Shown here piece by piece: positions 29,301-38,300 of a stretch of DNA of 64,000 nucleotides. Position numbers and translations under genes: made by a program. Positions within the stretch are counted from its first letter, which is position 1. Every line of letters starts with the position of its first letter. A model generated the notes under the pieces. It was not told where the DNA came from. It saw only the letters and a program-made list of their open reading frames with translations, and did not search any database. Source of the DNA: an uncultured Verrucomicrobiota bacterium (GTDB lineage: Bacteria > Verrucomicrobiota > Verrucomicrobiia > Limisphaerales > CAIQOK01); assembly GCA_903873415.1 (NCBI GenBank), contig CAIQOK010000067.1:13967-77966 (forward strand), read 5' to 3'.

Positions 29301-32300
29301 ATTCACTGCCACCACCGAAGCGGAATGCGGAATAACGGTCATCACGGCCTGAACCGGGGTCACTGCATAGTTTGAATTAACGCCAGGCAAAACAGTGATC
29401 GGATAAGCACCCACGCTCGAGAGATTCGTGGCAGTAGTGGATAGGGTGAAAACAACAGGATCACCACCCGGCGGCACTCCGCTGACAACGGAGGTAAGGG
29501 AAGGGTTGGGATCCCCATAAGTCTTGCTGCCCGCCTGCGCTGTCACGGTCACAGGCTGTGGTTCTACCGTGAGGAGAGCGCCCTGACTGGTGAAACTATA
29601 GTTGGGGTTGCTGCCGGGTATGACATTCAATGGGTATGAACCAACGGGGGAAAAAGCAGTCGCGGTTGTTGTCAGCGTATAACTCAGCGGAGCTCCGTTT
29701 ACGGGCTGGCCACTTACAACGGCATTGAAGACTGGGTTTAACATCCCGTAGGGGCGGTTTACAGCCACAGCGCTCACCGATGCGGCACGGGGAGTCACGC
29801 TTAGAGTTCCGGGAGCCGTCGTGATCGCATAATTCGCATTGGTTCCGCAGGAAACGACAACCGGGTAGATTCCAACGTCAGACAGACTGTTGGCGGCGAC
29901 ATTGAGCATATAGCTGATGTCATCTCCATGCGCAGGACGCCCACTGACCTGTGCTGTGAGAGACGGGTTGTCATCGCCGTAGGCACGCGTGAGATTATCG
30001 GCCTGGATCGTTATGGGAGCCGGAATGACGACGAGCGTGTTCGTGGTGAAGGCCTGGTAGTTTGTATCAGACACGCCCGCCACGACGTCATAGGAGCCGG
30101 CGGCAACAGGAGGGTTTGTCGAGCCATTGTAGGTTAGCTGAACGGCAAGGTTTGTGGGATCGGTCAGAGCAGCCGCAAGGCGAGGGGTGCCGTCATACGT
30201 CTGAAGCAGATTTGTCAAAGCCACCACTGCGGCGGCGGGTTGAATAACGAACGTCGCATTCGTGGCTCCTTGATAATTGGCGTCATGAATGTTTGCCGCC
30301 ACCGCGTAAACACCGGCACAGACTGGAGCGCCCAAAGACCCGTTGTAGGTCAGCTCTGCAATGAGTCCTTCGGGAACCGTGGACACTGCCGGGCTTTGAG
30401 GCAGTCCACTGTAGATCGCGCTGAGCCCACTCAAAGCCACGGAAGCGAAAGCCTTTCCGATCACCAATGTGGCCGAAGCGCTGCCCTGATAATTTGAATC
30501 GCTTATAGTGGCGGTCACGGCGTAATCACCCCGGTTCGTGGGAGGAGATGCGCTGCCATTGTAGTTCACATCCACAGCCAGGCCGGAGGGAACAGTCGCA
30601 GCAGTAACACTGATGCCGCTGGCGTTGTAGGTTTGGTTCAGCCCACCAAGACTGACAGTCGCCGGTGCTTTGGCAACCCGCAGGGTGGCGGTCATGCTGC
30701 CCGTGTAATTGGGATCCACCACAGTGCCGGCAACTATGTAGTTACCCGCCGCCAATGGAGCGGCTGTCCCTCCATTATAAGTCAGGTCCACCGTTAGCCC
30801 CGCAGGAATAGTGGCTGCGACCACCGGCAATGGGATGCCATTAAAAACCTGCTCCAGATTTCCAAATGTTAACGAAGCAGATGCTTTATTGACGGAAATG
30901 TCCGCCGCAAAGGCAATGGGTGAGTAGTTGACTATATCCGCAGGGGTAAAGACCACCGGGACATTAGTCGTTCCTACATGAGGCTGCTGGCCGGGATTAA
31001 CGAAGGAAAAAGTCCCTTGTAAAGGCTCTCCGCTTGAATTAGTCACCACACCATCGCTAAAAGCAGCCAGCCCAAGAGACTGTCCATAGATCAGCGCCGA
31101 GACGCCCGGGAGTGCGGCCAGAAGAGGCACTTGCCGTGAGATTTCGTATCCGACCAGAGGCACTGGCTGAACAAGGGCATAATTTCCTGACCGGTCGCCT
31201 GTCAGGGAAAGGTTAGATACCGTCACGATCAAGTTGGTGCCGGCATTGGCCCTCTCGAACTGTGCGGAATAGCCGTTGGTGGCAAGCCTGACAAAGGGCG
31301 TGTCACTTCCTAGAACGCCCGAGAGCACAACTCCATTGCTCTGGATCGTCGCCCGGGTGGAGGCATCATAAACCTTGGATTGGGCGGTCAGTCCGGCGAT
31401 CACGGCGACAGGTGCGGGATGAATTAATCCATTCTGGATCAAGGGTTGGGCGGCAAGCAGGTAATTGGTGGCAACATCACTTTCTCCAAGCCTATAAGCG
31501 ACCGGAGTAACCGGCCAACTGCCCGCATCAGCACTGCTGAAAACGCCACTCCCCGGCACAAAGCTCACCCCGTCCCCGGGAATAGCGCCGGAAATCACTC
31601 CTCCGCTAAGCGCTGCGGAATCGGTACCGTCGTAGACCTTGTCGGCCGCAAACACATTGGTTATTGTCACCAAACGAGGTGTGATCGTCGCGTTGGCGAC
31701 GACCGGTTGGGAGACCAGATAGTAGTTGGTGGAGCGACCGCCGGGTCCGAGCCCGTAACCGCTGGCGACGACAGCACGGTTACCCACGTTTGGCCCATCG
31801 AATATCCCTGTGCCGGGAGTGAACGTCAAAGCATCGCCCTGAAGGACGCCGGAGAGAACTCCACCGTTTAAGGCGGCAACCGGCGTTCCATCATAGGCCT
31901 TGTTGGCGGCTGCCACGTCCGTTATTGCAACCGGTGCCCGGGAAACCGTAAGGCTGGCCGACTGGTAATGAACGCTGTAGTTATCTAGGCCAGCCCCCTG
32001 CGCATCACTCACAAGTATTTCGTATTTCCCGACAGGAGCGATGGCATCCGAACCCCGGCTCTGAATACTTACACTGGACAACAAGTCGCCGTTGGTTAGA
32101 CCGGACGCCACATACTCGGTTCCGCTAAAGTGAATCGCGCGCCCATAAACCTTGTTGGTTGACAGCGCGGTAATGAATAACGGTCTCCGTCCGACCTGGA
32201 CTTCGACGCCCAATTTGACTGAGGCATAGTGCAGCCGGTCTGTCGGAGTGAACACCACTTCCACGTTGGTCACGCCGGCTGCCGGCTTGAGGTTCGGCTC

Positions 32301-35300
32301 AGTGAACTCGAAGATGCCTGGGATGACCAGAGCGCTGGCGGCGTTTGTAAAGCCCCCTCCGGTCAGAGTCGAGTCGGCGAGCTTTTGCCCGTAGCTGATC
32401 GGTCCGGCTAGCGGCAGCGCCGCCAGACCCGGCAGAGCCGCATTCACCACAACCCTCACAACCGTGGCTGTAGGACCATAATTCGTGGTGTCGGCAGGAA
32501 TGAACGCCACCGGGGCATTTGTTTCACCTGCGTCAGGAATTTCGCGCGGTGTGACGAAGACGAAATCACCAGGAACGGCAAGGCCTGAAGTATTTGTGAC
32601 CTCTCCACCGGCAAGAATGGAATCCAGAAAAGCCTGTCCATAGGTTAATGCTGACGCGGTTGGTATGCGTACGATAGTCGGTGTCTGACGTGCTATGGGA
32701 ACGACAACACTCATTTCAACCGACTCGTAATGAATGGAATCGGTGGGGCTGAATATCACCGATGCAGTTGCCTCAGGTGCTTGAGGGAACGACGCCGGAA
32801 AGGCGAAGGCGAATGTTCCATCCACCTTCACGCCATTGGCCGAATTGGTCATCCATCCACCGCTAAGCATTGAATCAGAGAGAGATTTTCCGTAGGTGAT
32901 GGGGGTTGGCGCAGGCAACTCAGCCATGACCGGATTGGCACGGCCGACGGTCACTTCTATTTTGAATGTCAGGTTCGAGTAATTCAAAGTGTCTTCAGGG
33001 GCGAACAACACATCCACGCCGGTCAGCCCAACGTCAGGAATGGTGTCCGGAGAGACAAAGCTCAAACGACCGGTCACCACCGCTCCCTGCCGATTGGTGG
33101 CCATCCCTCCGGTCAGTGCGGCATTCGCTAAAGACTGGCCATATGCCAGGGCAGTTGCCGAAGGCAAGACCGCCAAGGCCGCGGTTTGGGGCGAAATCGT
33201 GGCCCCGACGATAGTCACGGGCTGAATCAGAACGTAGTTGGAAGACAGGTCCCCGCATAAAGACAGGTTCGTCACGGTGACGGAATGATTGGTCGATGCG
33301 TCGACGCCGTCGAAGTGGGCCAGATAAGCGTTGGTTGAAAGAAAGACGCCGTTGGCATCGCCATCCAAGAGGCCGGAGAATATCACGCCATTGGTCTGCA
33401 AAGTGGCGGCCGATGTCCCGTCATAGACCTTCTCGTCCACGCTCAATCCGGCCTCCAATGTGAGGGCCGCAGGAGTTACGGCGAGCGTCGCCGGATAATA
33501 GCTTATGAGATAGTTATCGAGTCCAACCCCTTGTGCACCAGATGGGAAGAGAGAATATCTCCCTGCCGGCGCCTGCTTTACATCCCCGGGCGAACTAAGG
33601 TCAATCTTTGTGACTGTGTCGCCAGAAACAAGGCCTTCCGCGGTGAATCCGGTTGCGCTGAAGATCGCCGTTTGGCCGTAAATTTTGGAGACGTTTAAGG
33701 CCTGGATCGAGAGCGGCCGGCGGGTTACGGCCAGCGGAACTTCAAAAAAGAGCGGCTGGTAATTGACGGAGTCGGTTGCTATGAAAACAACGGCTGCACT
33801 CGCAATCCCAGCCCGGGGCATGGTTTCAGGGCTGACGAAACCAAAGTTACCGCTGATTAATTGACCGGCCTGATTGGTTACGGATCCTCCGGTAAAAATG
33901 GAAGTGCCGAATGTCTCGCCATAAGTGATGCCCGAAACGGCGGGCGCGGAAGACACTCCCAGAGGCTGGGGTAAAATCGCAGCACCGCTCAACCGCAACG
34001 GCTGGACCAGCGTGTAGTTCGTAGCCAAATACCCCGTCAGACTCAGGTTTGTCACCGTCACCCAATCATTGCTTCCGGCCCCGGGCTGATCGAAAGTGGC
34101 GGAATATCCGTTTGTGGACAGGAACACTTGGTTGTTGTCCGGCTCAAACAATCCCTCCAAGACAACGGAGTTGCTTTGAATGGTGGCGCTGATCGTGCCG
34201 TCGTAGAGCTTGGTTTCCGCGGATAACCCGGCGCTCACGCTGACCAGCGCCCGATGGACTGTCAATGTGCCGGAAAGATAGCTGATGAGGTAATTTTCAA
34301 CGCCTACACCCGCAGCCTGCCCGGGCACCAGGGCATAAGATCCTACCGGGGCGGAATTCGTCGTCCCAGGGCTGAGCAAAACCACATTGGTCACCGTATC
34401 CCCCGGCATCAGCCCGGCGGCGGTAAAAGCCCGGACTGGAAGACTGAGATTCTGCCCATAACTCTTGTCCATACTAAGGGCGGTGATGATCAGCGGCGCC
34501 TGTGCCACAGCCAGAGGCACCGTGCCATTAACGGAAAGATAGTCGGTGCTGTCGTCAGGGGTGAAGACAAACGGGACGTTGATAATACCGGCGGCAGGCA
34601 GTGCTTGCGGGGTTGCAAAGGCGAAGCGGCCGCCGACAATCTTCCCGGACAAATTTGTGACACTTCCACCGGACAAAACCGATGCGGCCAGAGATTGGCC
34701 GTAAGCCAATCCTGAAGCCGAAGGGGCTTTGGCGACGGCCACGCTTTGCGGCAGGATGGACGCACCGGAGAGGTCCAACGGCTGGAGGAGTGTATAATTG
34801 GTGGATTGATCCCCCGTAATGGAAAGGCCGGTGACAGAGACCACCGCAGTGGTGCTTGCCCCGACGCCGTCAAAGCTCGCCCTATAACCATTGGTGGATA
34901 GAAATACCGAATTGGTGTCTGCATCCAGCAAGCCCGCCAGCACGACCGCATTACTCTGGATGGTGGCGTTGGATGTGCCGTCGTAGAATTTGGATTCGGG
35001 GATCAAACCGCTTGCCACTGTGATCAAGGCCGGCTCAACCTGAAGCGTTGCAGGAATATACGTCGTGGAATAATTCGCCAGTCCACTGCCCTGCGCGGCA
35101 CCGGCCGATACGGCATACTGGCCCACCGGGGCTCTGCTGACCGCTCCCTCGCTGCTCAGGGTTACATGGGACACACTGTCGGACCCGATCAAACCTAAGG
35201 CGGTGAATTCCGTTCCTTCAAAGGCAATCGTTTCACCGTAGACCTTGTTGGCGGGGTTGGCCTCGATCGTGAGAGGCGCGGGGGCGACATCCACGGAAAC

Positions 35301-38300
35301 GCGGACGGACAAGTTATCATAGTTCAGGGCGTCCTCGGGCTGGAAGCTGAGCAGGACGTTGGTGATTCCCGCATTCGGTTGGGCGGCCGGATCTGGAAAT
35401 GCGAAGGCTCCTGGCAGAGTGGTTCCGGCGGCGTTCGTCACGCCACCTCCGCTCAAAACCGCACTCCCAAATGACTGACCATAACCCAGCAACGAGACGG
35501 CGGGCAGATCGGAGACCGAGGGTATCTGCCTAGCCACGTCGACATTAACAGTAATAGTCGATGTGGTGTAGTTGTTCGTAATAGTTGGCGTGAATATTAC
35601 AGAGGCAATCGCCAAACCCGCGTTGGGTACGACAGCCGGATCGGTGAATTCGAATGTGCCCTGGACGCCGGCCCCGGCGGCATTGGTTGCCGAACCCGTG
35701 CCCAAGAGCGATGAACTGAAGCTTTGGCCGTAAGTCAAACCGGAAGCTCTGGGTGCCAACCAAACCACGGGGGTCTGTTTGCCCACAACCATACTAACAA
35801 CACAGGTGACCGGATTATAATTTCCAGCATCAGCCGGTGTGAATATCACTGAGGCATTTGTCAGGCCTCCATCGGGCACGATGGATGAATCGGTGAAAAC
35901 AAAGCTGCCCGCGAGACTTACCCCAGAACTATTCGTCACCGATCCTCCGCTCAACAGCCCTGCGCCAAAATTCTGGCCATAGACAAGACCTTGGGCCATT
36001 GGGGCGGTCGACAGCACCGGCGTCTGCCTTAGGACAAGCACGGTAGAAAATGCGGTCGCCGTTTTGTAGTTGCCCTCATCCGCAGGGGTAAAGGTGACCG
36101 CGGCATTTGTGGTCCCGGCATTGGGCACACCCGCCGGATCGGCGAACGCAAACGTTCCCGCTACTCCAGCCCCAAATGCATTCGTTGCCAGCCCGCCACT
36201 CAGCGACACCGACCCGAAGCACTGACCATAGGTCAGGTCCGTAACCGACGGAGCGGCTGAAACGGTAGGGGTTTGCTTATCCACTGTTACAGCGACCGTC
36301 ACGGAAGCGGTTTTATAATTAGCCAATTCGGTCGGCGTAAATACCGCTTGCACATTCGTCGTTCCAGCGGCGGGTATGAGTGTCGGATCAAGAAATGAAA
36401 AACTGCCCGCCACGTTCTCTCCCAAGGCGTTCGTTGCAGCCCCGCCACTCAATAAAGCCGCGCTCAAATTCTGGCCATAGGTTAGACCTGATGATTTTGG
36501 AGCGGACGCAACCACTGGGATCTGCCTGACTACCACTACATTGACCGCAGTGGTGGCGCTGTTATAGTTCGAGAAATCTGTGGCGTCAAACCTGACCACG
36601 CCGTTTGTCACCCCCGCCCAAGGCACCCACGCCGGATCAACGAATGCAAAACCGCCCGGAACACTCTCCCCTGCGGCATTGGTCACAGCCCCGCCGCTCA
36701 AAAGCGCCTGGCTTAAGCTCTGGCCATAGACCAAATCCGAGGACTGGGGCGGAACCGATACGACCGGGGTCTGCTTTGCCACGCTCACAGTCACGGCGGC
36801 CATCGCCGCGGTGTAATTGGCCGTGTCTGACGGGGTGAATCGCACTGGGGTATTCGTGGTGCCCGCGTTAGGCACGCCCGAAGGATCAGCGAAAGCAAAA
36901 GTCCCGTCGACAATTGCCCCTGCAGAATTAACCGCGGAACCACCGGTCAGCGCCACCGAGCCGAACCTTTCTCCATAGGTCAAACCCAAATCCTGCGGGC
37001 CGGACAAAACCACAGGAGTCTGCTTGTCTACGCTCACATCCACGGTAGTGTCGGCCAGATTATAGCTGTCCGGATCCGAGGGGATAAACCTGATCGCAAC
37101 ATTGGTTGTCCCAGCATAGGGAACCCCTAGTGGATCACTGAATACAAATTTCCCCGTGACGATTGTCCCGGCATTATTGGTCACCAAACCTCCGCTCAAA
37201 ACCGATGAGCTGAAACTCTGCCCAAAAACCAGAGGCGAAGCCGCCGGCAGAACCATCTGGACGGGTGCGAAAGAGGCCACCAGAGATACGGATGCACTGG
37301 CGGGGAACCGGTAGATTGCCGCGTTGGTCACCAAAACTCCGCCCTGTCGCCAGCCCAGAAACCCATAGCCAAGGGCGGGGATAGCCATCGCTTTGACCGG
37401 CGATCCATAGAGATAAACTCCACCGCCGGAAACCACACCGCCCTCTGAGGAAACGCTTAGCGACACCGTCTCCAGCGGCAGAAAGGTGGCCAGCAAGGTC
37501 GAATTGGAGGTCACGGTGAACGTGTAGGTCGGGGAGGTGCCCACCACGTTGGTCGCCGAGGCCAGAGCCGCACCCTGAAGCCAGCTCACGAACCCATAGC
37601 CTGGCTTGGGCGTCGCCACCGCCGTCAGGTTCGTGCCCGCAGGGTAGGACGCCAGGGAACTGAGATTGACACTCCCGCCGGCAAAGGGCGAGCAACCGAC
37701 CTTGACCGTGAGATTGGAGACCACAAAGTTGGCGGTCAACGTCCGGTTAGTCGTAGCGGTAAAGGCATAAGGGTTGGCCGAGCTCAACGCCACCCCGTTC
37801 TCCGTCCAGTTGGCAAACTGATAGCCCAAGTTTGGGGTTGCCAAGAGGCTCGAGCTTATCCCCACCGAATACGCCCCCGTCCCCAAGACGCTGCCTCCCG
37901 ATGCGGGAGCAACTCCCGCCGTGATGGTGCAGGATGCGCCCCCGGCACGCCCCACCCTGATGTTGTCCAGGAGAAAATCATAGGCCTGCCCCGTCGCGGG
38001 CGCAGGGACCACATTCGGCACGCTGATCCGCACCAGATTAAAGGGTGTCGGGGAAGAGAAACTCAGCTTGCCCTGAGGCCAAGGGTCCGTCGGATCCGGC
38101 CCTCCCCCATAAAGACCGGTGGCACTCGCGCTTCCAACCGGAGGATTGGAAGGCGAGTTGGTAAAGGCCTGCAAATAAATCGGGGTCTCCAGATCCACGT
38201 TTTGGGAGACTTGGATGGTGGCGAAAGAAAAACTGATATTGGTCACCATTTCGCTGAATCGGATTTCCAACACCGACCCCAAAGCACCTGCGGGATACAG

